From Limisphaerales bacterium (GTDB lineage: Bacteria; Verrucomicrobiota; Verrucomicrobiia; Limisphaerales; UBA11358): 64,000 nucleotides of DNA. Shown piece after piece: positions 56,275-64,000 of the stretch. The notes beneath the pieces are model-generated. The model was not told the origin of the DNA, did no database searches, and saw nothing but the letters and a program-made list of their open reading frames with translations. Position 1 is the stretch's first letter; each line of letters opens with the position of its first letter. Made by a program: the position numbers and the translations under genes. The stretch lies in contig PLAY01000179.1 in the NCBI GenBank assembly GCA_003134375.1, forward strand, positions 851 to 64,850, given 5' to 3'.

Positions 56275-57098
56275 TCACCCAAATTGAGCATGGGCTGTTT
56301 GGAGCGAGCCGGTTTCGCCGCCGGTTCGGTCTGCGGTTCAACCTCCGGCATCTGTTCCAATGGCACCAGCAAATCGGCAATCGCGTCGTATTGCCGGAAC
56401 ATCTGCTGCATTGCCCATTGCATTTCCCCGGCCAGCATCAATTCCAAGTGCGACGCACCGGGAGTCGCCACTTCCGCAAAACTCAACTTGCGTCCCGCCT
56501 TGGCCTCGGCGCGTTTGATGGCCAGCAGCGTAATGGAAGTCACCACCGGCAACGTCAGTTCCTTCGCCCCGAACTTTTTCAACTCGGCTTCGATGTTGGA
56601 TTTCTTGAAGAGGTTCGTCCTCACTTTGGCCGGGTTGTGGACAATCACATAATCCACGCGGTCGCCGGCGAAATAAAACAGGTCGAGCAGATTGCTCATG
56701 CTCTCCGTGTCCTCGCTGGGAAACAGGAAAAACGTGAAGCGGATGCCCTGCGTGGCGAGCGATTCAAGCAGTTGCAACGACTCCAGTGCCTGCACGATGA
56801 GGCCGTCGGCCTGCGCCCGGCAATCAATGACGTGAACCGGCGCGTCACTGCGCGACGCGTTACGAAACAATCCGAGCAGGGTGGATTTGCTGTCGTCGTC
56901 ATTGCCCAAAACATAGGACTGCACCTGTTCGGGATGGCGGTCGGCAAAAGAATGGTGCCGGTCATCGAGGTCAGAGCCGTTCCACTGTATGCCGTAATAA
57001 TCGAGCCAGGCGGTGCGGAACTCGGCCTCGAAACTTTTGCCGAGGCTGCCTTTGGATTGGGGATTGATGTGGATGCGTTTGGTGATGTTGGTGTTCAT
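56271..57098 (-). CDS. ParA/VirC1-like P-loop NTPase (full-length copy)
   Basis: It has SKGSLGKS Walker-A-like sequence and is a paralog of the truncated gene at 1..254. It is coupled to the upstream HTH gene. Confidence 0.65.
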   Translation of the reverse strand: MNTNITKRIHINPQSKGSLGKSFEAEFRTAWLDYYGIQWNGSDLDDRHHSFADRHPEQVQSYVLGNDDDSKSTLLGLFRNASRSDAPVHVIDCRAQADGLIVQALESLQLLESLATQGIRFTFFLFPSEDTESMSNLLDLFYFAGDRVDYVIVHNPAKVRTNLFKKSNIEAELKKFGAKELTLPVVTSITLLAIKRAEAKAGRKLSFAEVATPGASHLELMLAGEMQWAMQQMFRQYDAIADLLVPLEQMPEVEPQTEPAAKPARSKQPMLNLGE

Positions 57099-57454
57099 GT
57101 GAATTCTTCAGTGTTGAGGTTGGAGGGGTCGGGACGTTTGAAAGTGGGTGCCGCCGACAACGGTGCCGAGCGGGATTGCGGCCGACTGGCCGTTGCGTTG
57201 TGGCGGCCGGGTTGGAATTCGGAATTATTTTCCGCATCTTCCCAATGCGGTTTGGTCGCCCGCTTCAATCTGCGCCGGTAAAACAGATACGGAGCATGAA
57301 ACGTGACGCGGATGCCCTTTTCACTCAACAGCAAGTCGGCGATTTCCTGCCACGTCTTGCGCCGTTGGCGCTGCTCGCGGATGAAATCGTAGTGCGGTTC
57401 CAAAATGCTGTGGAACGGTTTGCCGCCGCGTTTTTGATGTGCCGTTTCAGTCAT
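57095..57454 (-). CDS. small HTH protein (paralog of 251..568)
   Basis: 119 aa, with the same gene order and overlap as the first module. Confidence 0.55.
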   Translation of the reverse strand: MTETAHQKRGGKPFHSILEPHYDFIREQRQRRKTWQEIADLLLSEKGIRVTFHAPYLFYRRRLKRATKPHWEDAENNSEFQPGRHNATASRPQSRSAPLSAAPTFKRPDPSNLNTEEFT

Positions 57455-57547
57455 CGGCGGACAGAATAGCCCAATAACGAAAAACGGTGGATGAGAGCAG
57501 GTGAAAGTTAAAGTGAGATGAAATCACGCCGCAGGTAGCGGCCAAGG

Positions 57548-57652
57548 GCGACGAATGGCGACAAATTCAAGTGACGAAAAGCGGCGAGTGCCGACGAAAT
57601 GTCAGGAGTGGATGCGACGAAAAGTGACAAATGCGTTGTCGCTTTTCGTCGC
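57548..57652. repeat. iteron cluster with consensus GYGACRAAW (6 direct + 2 inverted copies)
   Basis: Direct copies start at 57548, 57558, 57571, 57591, 57614 and 57624. Inverted copies lie at 57636-57642 and 57643-57652. The cluster is immediately upstream of the HTH/ParA-like operon. Confidence 0.5.
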
Positions 57653-58486
57653 TTTTAGTTGCCTGGTTTCTGGTTGCGTTTTTCACTACCGATTTTGGTA
57701 GGGGATGGTGTCTCGCTAAAAATCATTCCTGCGGGCTTCCGTTTTCCATGTGATTTGCCTTTGCCTTGAACGTATAGATTTCCGTTTCCGTGGCATGGTT
57801 GGCGTTCCGTTTTTTCGCGTGATGTTGTGTTCTTTGGTTAGCTGGCATGATGGTCGTGCTTTTCTTCGTTGGGTTTGATGGGTTTCCTTGGTTGCGATTT
57901 TGGGCGTCGGTTTTGATTTCGTTGCCGTTCGAGATTTCGTGTCCGCTGGCCGTGATGGTTTTCGTGATTATTCTACGGTGTGTTTTTTTCGGCGTTCGAT
58001 TTGTGGGCGTGTCGGGATTGACCGTCATGTTGTCATGCTTCATTTGCTATTGCCGGGTGAATGGTGGTGGCGGATTCATTTTCTTCATCCGCTTGGATGC
58101 CCTTCGCACTGAACGTCCGATTCTGAAATCGAAGCGGAATGGAGCGCGGTTTTAGAATCGGACATTGAGTGCGCTGCCGTATAGGTTCAGTTTGGATGCG
58201 GAGATTTGTCTGGCCGGTTGCTGAATACCTGGAGGCAAGCCGGCCAGTCAAAGCGCCGAACATTACCTCACTGTTTTCTGCATGCCGGCGTGTCTGACGA
58301 ACAAGGGCAAAATATTTTATCGTTGAAAAATAATTGGGCGGGAGTATGTATTTAACGCAAATTGGTGTTCAAACGTGATGCAAAGCTCGATAACAGTCCC
58401 TATAAGATTCAATAAATTCTACGCCTAAAATTTCAGAGCAAGATTGCATAAAGCCTGATTTGCGTTATCTACACACTCCCGTAATT

Positions 58487-58496
58487 GGGGGGGGGG
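58487..58496. repeat. G10 homopolymer tract upstream of the cas cluster
   Basis: Ten consecutive G residues are followed by an imperfect hairpin GGGGTGGAC-N7-GTCCCACCCC. Confidence 0.9.
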
Positions 58497-58626
58497 TGGA
58501 CCGCATTTGTCCCACCCCGTTTGTTAAGGTTTTGGCAGTCATGAAACATTGTGAACAATTTTGGCTTGTCACCGGGGCGTTGGCGATTTACCAAGACACA
58601 TTCAATTTCAGGTTGAAGGGAAACGT

Positions 58627-58806
58627 GTGAAATATTTCGCGCACACTGCGGTCGGTGAAAACGGGACACCACTACCAGAATCTTCTGGCCGATGGCAGCC
58701 ACTGGCCACGCATTTGTCCAACGTCGCCGAATTCGCTGGGCAATTTGCCGCGCCATTTGATCTGACCAATGAAGCCAAGCTGGCCGGATTTCTGCATGAT
58801 TTATGA
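58627..58806 (+). pseudogene. cas3: cas3 stub: about 59 codons of a Cas3 HD-domain N-terminus ending inside the HD motif
   Basis: VKYFAHTAVGENG...GRWQPLATHLSNVAEFAGQFAAPFDLTNEAKLAGFLHDL* follows the typical Cas3 N-terminal layout (AHS/T...W.PL..HL..VA..A..FA...). Its stop overlaps the cas5 ATG. Confidence 0.6.
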
Positions 58807-59426
58807 AGCCCTATCCCATTCAACTTGAAATCTCCGGCCCGACCGCCTTGTGGACACGGCCCGACACCGGTTCGTCTCCCGTTTCATACGTTGCGCCCAC
58901 ATTCAGCGCGGTGAAGGGCATCTTTGAATCTGTGCTGCGCTGGAAATCCGTGAATGTGCGGCCAACCAAAGTTGAGATTTGCGCTCCGGTGCAATTCCAC
59001 CGCTACACCACGAATTACGGCGGGCCGCTCCGCGCCAGCGACGCGATGAACAAGGGTGCGTCGTTCCAGTTTTATACCGTCGTGCTGGTCAATGTGTGCT
59101 ACCGGCTTTACGCGCAGGCCGAGTTTGCCGGGCATCACGACGGCACTACTTGGCCGCCGCACGCCTATCACGACGTTTTCAATCGCGCCTTGGATCGCGG
59201 GCAATGGTTTTACACGCCCTGCCTGGGCTGGAAGGAATTTGCACCGGACTATGTTGGCCCGTTCCGCCCGGAGACGCGCGTCTGCGAAATCGAGAACCAC
59301 GAACTGCCCACCATGCTGAAAATGGTGTTCGACCAAATGCAGAATGGCCAAGTGAAGCCATCATTCTACAACAAACGCAATCACCCCGACCTGCGCGTCG
59401 AGAAAGGAGTCCTCACCTATGCTTAA
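58803..59426 (+). CDS. cas5: Cas5c (Cas5d)-like protein
   Basis: ISGPTALWTRPDTGSSPVSYVAPTFSAVKGIFESVLRWK matches the Cas5d N-terminal signature (G..A.F.RP......VSY...TPSA.RGI.E.I.WKP). It is 207 aa. Confidence 0.85.
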   Translation: MKPYPIQLEISGPTALWTRPDTGSSPVSYVAPTFSAVKGIFESVLRWKSVNVRPTKVEICAPVQFHRYTTNYGGPLRASDAMNKGASFQFYTVVLVNVCYRLYAQAEFAGHHDGTTWPPHAYHDVFNRALDRGQWFYTPCLGWKEFAPDYVGPFRPETRVCEIENHELPTMLKMVFDQMQNGQVKPSFYNKRNHPDLRVEKGVLTYA

Positions 59427-61614
59427 CGAACTTTCGCAAGTAGCGGACTCGCTGGAGCGGCTTGGAACGGTAGCGCCGTCGCGCCATCCGCGAATCAACC
59501 CGATGGGGAAGAACAGAGATTTGCTTGTCGTGTCGTTGGACGACGCTGGTAACGCTTCCCGCATTGAGGTTCTACCTGGTGAAACAGCCGCAAATTTGTT
59601 TCGTGTCGAACATGGTTCAGCCGGGTCAAGCTTTCCCGGGTTCAACATCCCAACGCCGCTCCGCCGACTTGATGAGGCTTCGGCAGACGCACTCAAGCCA
59701 GCCGTTGAGAAACTGCTCGCGCTAGGAAAGAACAAAAATTCCAGCGCCGCAGAAATCAAGGAGTCCATTCGTGCCCTGTTCACGCTCTCCAAGGCGCAGA
59801 CTTCCAGCGCGAGACAGCAGCAGCAATTTCAATGGTCGTGTTGCGAATTGGTTTCAGAACTCGCCGAGTTGTTACCCCGTGAACTGGCCGGTTTGAAAAA
59901 CTTTACGACGCTGGTGGAAACGCTCGTCAAATCGAAACCCACGCTGCCTTTTTTCACCGAGTCGCTGGCGGGTTTGATGGTGGATCAGAACGCGGAGTTT
60001 GACCGCAGGCAATTACTGCTGTTTCAAGAAGTTTTGTTTGGGACACTTGATTGGAAGAAACGCACACCAGAGATTGCATCGCCCGACTACTGGAAAGAGA
60101 AGGTCAAGCAGGACAAAAACGCCAATCAACCCGTTTATCTCGACCTGACCTCGCCAAATGCCGCGTTTTGCAGAGTTGCCCATTCGGAGACGAGCGCACT
60201 GATCAATACGGCTCTCATTCAGACGCAATCACACGCCGCCGCAGGCGAGCCGGAGCAAGGTGACTGGGCGGAGGACGCTTTCGGGGAAACGGCAGAATTG
60301 CAGGTCAAATTCCCTCCCGGGCCGAAAGTTGCCGAGCTTGGGAATGTGAAACTGTTTTCGGTGAACACCAACGAGGTGCAAGCGTTGCAGCGGTATGGCT
60401 TCAAAGGATCTCAATCATTTCCGGTTTCCTCGGCGCGGGTTCAGAAGATGAGCGACGCGCTGCTTTACCTCGCCAGCGAGGACAAGCGCGGCATCACCTG
60501 CCGTGCAATACCCAGTGCGCAGCCCGACAAGCGCGACTTGCTCGTTGCCTATCTGGAAGGTGAGCCGGAAGGCCGCGCGCAATTGGCTGAAATGTTCGGC
60601 GGCGAAGCCAACTTATTTTCGGACGCCGATTTCGCGGCCATTGCTCAACCGGTTTTGGAGATGCTAGAGGGCAAAGTGGCAGCCAACCCCAACCTCAATA
60701 TCCGGCTGCTGGCATTTTGCCCAATAGACAAGGCCAAAAAGCAAATCAGCCTCAACCGCAGCCTGCGTGTGCGGGATGTCATCCAGGCGGCGCGGGACTG
60801 GGAGGCGGGCGCACGCAACGTGCCTCAAGTGTCGGTTTGGTTTTACGACAAGAACACCAAGCAATCCGTTTTCCGGTCACACACCGCGCCATGCCCACTC
60901 GAATTGTCATCGGTCATAAACCGTGTGTGGAATGCGGACGCCAAAAATGGTTTCACCGCCTCTTACCAGCGGGCAATTTCGATTGCCGATGCTTATGACG
61001 TGTTTCTTGCGAACTCGCCGCTCGCGAAACAAAAGTCAGGTGCAGCCATGGAATTGCTTGTTAGGCGAATGAGCAATGTGTTGATTGCCATCGGCGCACT
61101 GAAAACGACGGGCAAGTGGAATGGCGTGAGTGATACCGTCCGCTGGCAGTCGGTCAAGGCAATCGCCCTTTTCGGAATTCTCCTCCAACAACAACGTCAC
61201 GACAAAGATAAATATATGAATGAAACAATCTATAACATCGGCCGACTGCTGGCTTTAGCAGACAGCCTGCATCTCCAATACTGCAAGTTCGTTCGCACTT
61301 CCGAGGAAAAGCGGAAGACGGGCAAGGTTAATTCGCCAAGCGAACTCATAGGCAATGCTCTTTTCAACACTGCTCTGGATCAACCGGTGTCGGCTTTGGC
61401 ACGTCTCGCAGAAAGGATCAAGCCGTATAAAGGCTGGGCTGACACATATTCAGGCGAAGACGCCGGCCTGATTCATTGGATTAATAGGCAAATGGCAGAA
61501 GTGCGTAAGGGCATTGATCTGGAAAAATTAGCGCCTCGAACTTCTGACGCAGACAAAGCCAAACTTTTGCTCGGCTATTTGGCCGATCATCAACAAAACG
61601 AAACTCCGAAATAA
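59419..61614 (+). CDS. cas8c: Cas8c (Csd1)-like large subunit, with a possible internal Cas11c start at 61216
   Basis: Its position between cas5c and cas7c, its size (731 aa) and its C-terminal region IYNIGRLLALADSLHLQY...LLLGYLADH resemble the Cas8c C-terminus / Cas11c. The N-terminal half is divergent. Confidence 0.7.
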   Translation: MLNELSQVADSLERLGTVAPSRHPRINPMGKNRDLLVVSLDDAGNASRIEVLPGETAANLFRVEHGSAGSSFPGFNIPTPLRRLDEASADALKPAVEKLLALGKNKNSSAAEIKESIRALFTLSKAQTSSARQQQQFQWSCCELVSELAELLPRELAGLKNFTTLVETLVKSKPTLPFFTESLAGLMVDQNAEFDRRQLLLFQEVLFGTLDWKKRTPEIASPDYWKEKVKQDKNANQPVYLDLTSPNAAFCRVAHSETSALINTALIQTQSHAAAGEPEQGDWAEDAFGETAELQVKFPPGPKVAELGNVKLFSVNTNEVQALQRYGFKGSQSFPVSSARVQKMSDALLYLASEDKRGITCRAIPSAQPDKRDLLVAYLEGEPEGRAQLAEMFGGEANLFSDADFAAIAQPVLEMLEGKVAANPNLNIRLLAFCPIDKAKKQISLNRSLRVRDVIQAARDWEAGARNVPQVSVWFYDKNTKQSVFRSHTAPCPLELSSVINRVWNADAKNGFTASYQRAISIADAYDVFLANSPLAKQKSGAAMELLVRRMSNVLIAIGALKTTGKWNGVSDTVRWQSVKAIALFGILLQQQRHDKDKYMNETIYNIGRLLALADSLHLQYCKFVRTSEEKRKTGKVNSPSELIGNALFNTALDQPVSALARLAERIKPYKGWADTYSGEDAGLIHWINRQMAEVRKGIDLEKLAPRTSDADKAKLLLGYLADHQQNETPK

Positions 61615-61641
61615 TAAACCATCGAACTGCTGATTAAATTT

Positions 61642-62535
61642 ATGAGCACAAACAAAGACAACAACCTTGTTCCCCGCATCACCGGACTCCTGATTTTGGA
61701 AGTCCGCAAATCCAATCCCAACGGCGACCCCGAACGTGAAAGTTCCCCGCGCCAGCGCCCGGATGGCAAAGGTGAAATTTCACCTGTCTCCGTGAAACGC
61801 AAACTCCGCGACCTTGTGTCTGAAAAAGAGGGCGTCGTTTGGACCACCGTGAAGGGGGATTTGAAAATCGAGAATGACAATCAGTTTCAAATTCTCGAAA
61901 CACGGCATCGAGATCGTCCAAGCATTCAAGCCATGCTAAAAGAAAACAACTCGCAGCCTTTCAAAGATGCGTTTTGGGATGGCCGTCTTTTTGGTAACAC
62001 ATTTCTTGAAGAAGGCGGCTCAGACACGATTCGTGCTGGGGTGGCGCACTTTGGCGTCGGTGTCTCTCTCGCTCCGATTGACATCGAGTTCTCAACCTGG
62101 ACCAACAAGTCCGGCGTTGAGGCCGACAAAGATCGTGGAATGGCTCCGATGGCATTTCGTGTGGTGAAGCATGGTCTGTATGCCGTTCCGTTTTTCGTGA
62201 ACCCGAACCAAGCGCATAAAACCGGATGCGCGAAGCTGGATGTGGATTTGATGCTGCACCTGCTCAAACACACTTACGCCAGCACCCGCTCGGTTGTTCG
62301 TTCGATGGTTGAAGTCGTCCACGCCCACACGCTCACCCACAAGAGCCGCGCCGGTTCGGTTTCTGATTTCGCGTTCCTTGACGCGCTCACACCGAAGAAA
62401 CTAGAAAAGCCGTCCGAATCGTTGGCAGATTACGGCGCGCTTCCAACGTGGGAGAATATCAAAGACCAGCCCATCCGCCCCGACAGCAAGGTGACGTTTG
62501 CGCAATGCGGTGAATACCACGATTACGCCTTGTGA
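61642..62535 (+). CDS. cas7: Cas7c (Csd2)-like backbone subunit
   Basis: LILEVRKSNPNGDPERESSPRQRPDGKGEISPVSVKRKLRDLV carries the Csd2/DevR NPNGDP signature. It is 297 aa. Confidence 0.9.
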   Translation: MSTNKDNNLVPRITGLLILEVRKSNPNGDPERESSPRQRPDGKGEISPVSVKRKLRDLVSEKEGVVWTTVKGDLKIENDNQFQILETRHRDRPSIQAMLKENNSQPFKDAFWDGRLFGNTFLEEGGSDTIRAGVAHFGVGVSLAPIDIEFSTWTNKSGVEADKDRGMAPMAFRVVKHGLYAVPFFVNPNQAHKTGCAKLDVDLMLHLLKHTYASTRSVVRSMVEVVHAHTLTHKSRAGSVSDFAFLDALTPKKLEKPSESLADYGALPTWENIKDQPIRPDSKVTFAQCGEYHDYAL

Positions 62536-64000
62536 CCGAACCCGCGACCACGCTTGAACCGCTGGCCCACAGCGCCCGTAATGGCGCAACGGAACAGTCG
62601 TATCGTGATCACGCGGGAAATGTCCTTCGTGATGCGACACTGTTTGCACGGGCAGCGGCAGCGTTGTCGCCCAAGTGGCACGGTTCATTTGTGGCAGCGG
62701 TCGAACGGGCGGCGGCGTATCACGACCTCGGCAAATTGGATGAGTTGTTTCAGGAAGTTCTGCGCCACAACCGGAGGAACAAACACGGGTTCAATCACGT
62801 CGAAGCGGGCACGGCGCATTTGCTACGTCTGAAACAATTCGAGGCGGCTTTCACGGCCTACGCGCATCACATCGGGCTGCCCTCGTTTCCCAAGGAGAAG
62901 GCCAAGTTTGCCAACGGTCAGAATCTCGTCTTTCGCGACACCGGCGATTTAGAAGGGCTGGGACAAGCCGCATGGCAACGAACCGACGAACATCTGGAAA
63001 GCTACCTGTATCAGCACCACAATCTGTTTGCGCCTGTATCGCCAGTTGTCAATCCGCACTTCACAGGCTTGGTTCGCCGACTCGCTTTGTCCTGCCTCGT
63101 GGACGCCGACCACTCGGACACGGCCCGGCATTATCAGAATGAGATCGAAGTTTCCTCACCCGACTTGCAGGCAGCGCAGCGGTTGGCGCAATTGGACAAA
63201 TATGTGGCCTGGTTGTCGGCCAAGAACCCGCCAGCGAATGACCGGGAGCAGCAACGGCTCAAGTTGCGACAGGACGTTTATCGCGCCTGCCGCGAGCGGG
63301 AAGTCAAACCCGACGAGCGCATCCTTGCTTGTGACAGTCCGGTTGGCACGGGCAAAACCACCGCAGTCATGGCGCATCTGTTGCGAGTGGCGGCGGAGCG
63401 CAAGTTGCGCCGCGTGTTCGTCGTGCTGCCGTTCACCAACATCATTGATCAGTCAGTGGACGTTTATCGCCGTGCGTTGTGTCTGGTCGGTGAATCCAAG
63501 GAAGCAATGGAGAATGTGGTAGCCGCTCATCATCATCGCGTGGATTTCTCCAGCTATGAGGCGCGATGTCTGGCCGCGCGATGGGATTCACCCATTGTCG
63601 TCACCACAGCCGTTCAATTCTTCGAGACGCTGGCCGCTCGTGATACGGCTTCGTTGCGAAAGCTCCATCAGGTGGCTGGCAGCGCCATCTTCGTGGACGA
63701 GGCGCACGCCGCCGTTCCGCCCGCGCTCTGGCCGCAGATGTTTCGCTGGTTGCGGGAACTTTGCGACGATTGGGGCTGCCATCTGGTGCTGGCCTCCGGC
63801 ACATTGCCGCGTTTCTGGAATCGTCCCGGTTTCTTGCAGGAAGACGAACGCTGCGAAATTCCCGATCTCATCACGTCAGAAGTCAGGGCAGAGACGATGG
63901 CGTTCGAGGATAAACGGGTGTCTATTTGCAGAGAGCCGCAGGCCATGTTCGTTGAACGTCTGGCTGATTTCGTTCACAACAAGCCCGGCCCGCGACTTAT
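62532..64000 (+). CDS. cas3: Cas3 HD nuclease-helicase, 5' 489 codons (continues past the right edge; absent from the ORF track)
   Basis: Manual translation from GTG 62532 (overlapping the cas7 stop, GTGA) is open to the end of the window. HD motifs are LAHSA, YHDLGK and LVDADHSDT. Helicase motif I is DSPVGTGKTT and motif II is FVDEAHA. Confidence 0.9.
   Translation, partial: MTEPATTLEPLAHSARNGATEQSYRDHAGNVLRDATLFARAAAALSPKWHGSFVAAVERAAAYHDLGKLDELFQEVLRHNRRNKHGFNHVEAGTAHLLRLKQFEAAFTAYAHHIGLPSFPKEKAKFANGQNLVFRDTGDLEGLGQAAWQRTDEHLESYLYQHHNLFAPVSPVVNPHFTGLVRRLALSCLVDADHSDTARHYQNEIEVSSPDLQAAQRLAQLDKYVAWLSAKNPPANDREQQRLKLRQDVYRACREREVKPDERILACDSPVGTGKTTAVMAHLLRVAAERKLRRVFVVLPFTNIIDQSVDVYRRALCLVGESKEAMENVVAAHHHRVDFSSYEARCLAARWDSPIVVTTAVQFFETLAARDTASLRKLHQVAGSAIFVDEAHAAVPPALWPQMFRWLRELCDDWGCHLVLASGTLPRFWNRPGFLQEDERCEIPDLITSEVRAETMAFEDKRVSICREPQAMFVERLADFVHNKPGPRL

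Noticed and set aside
55860-57281. 473-aa plus-strand ORF.
   Set aside because: It is antisense to the ParA-like and coiled-coil genes and is low-complexity R/P/G-rich. The minus-strand genes have paralog support.
57723-58043. 106-aa minus-strand ORF (MKHDNMTVNPDTPTNRTPKK...).
   Set aside because: The peptide is low-complexity and arises from extreme strand composition bias, with no RBS and no motifs. I kept it only as part of the finding on the odd spacer region.
1-64000. A search for a CRISPR array (regularly spaced 28-37-bp repeats, I-C-type ..ATTGAAAC ends), rRNA and intact tRNA genes.
   Set aside because: By-eye inspection of all intergenic regions found nothing. Any array associated with the cas genes would have to lie beyond the right edge.

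Overview
This window is a mosaic of mobile DNA on a GC-rich backbone with visibly AT-richer inserts. GloVer-repeat and RCC1 giant secreted proteins suggest a Verrucomicrobiota-like host, which is inference only. Three module types occur twice or more. (1) A small HTH gene plus a ParA/VirC1-like gene lies at 1-568 and again at 56271-57454. (2) Two MobF/TrwC relaxases are present: 854-3586 is intact and 12775-15216 is 5'-truncated. (3) An excisionase-like gene with a closely related tyrosine integrase lies at 11330-12760 and again at 41338-47662, with a 214-bp duplication. This pattern fits tandem or nested accretion of related ICE/IME elements with partial decay. The core of the window is a VirB-like T4SS operon (24988-35200). 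It is followed by an XRE / small ORF / N6-MTase-SNF2 helicase (DarB-like) / XRE module (35551-41320). Cargo or accessory regions worth a second look:
- A tightly coupled minus-strand operon at 3677-8595: HNH-like protein, Sel1 repeats, tandem REC domains, and a DnaQ exonuclease fused to a J-domain.
- A roughly 900-aa protein built from RNAP alpha-CTD-like, sigma region 4 and HARE-HTH modules (17189-~19870).
- A stand-alone ClpB-D2-like AAA+ ATPase next to the pilin gene.
- A rearranged type I-C-like cas cluster at the right edge: cas3 stub, cas5c, cas8c, cas7c, then a full cas3.

The full cas3 (62532->64000) and the left-edge ParA-like gene (1-254) run off the window and are missing from the ORF track. 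I found them by manual translation. I saw no CRISPR array, rRNA or convincing tRNA. All family calls rest on motifs read by eye; no database search was possible.
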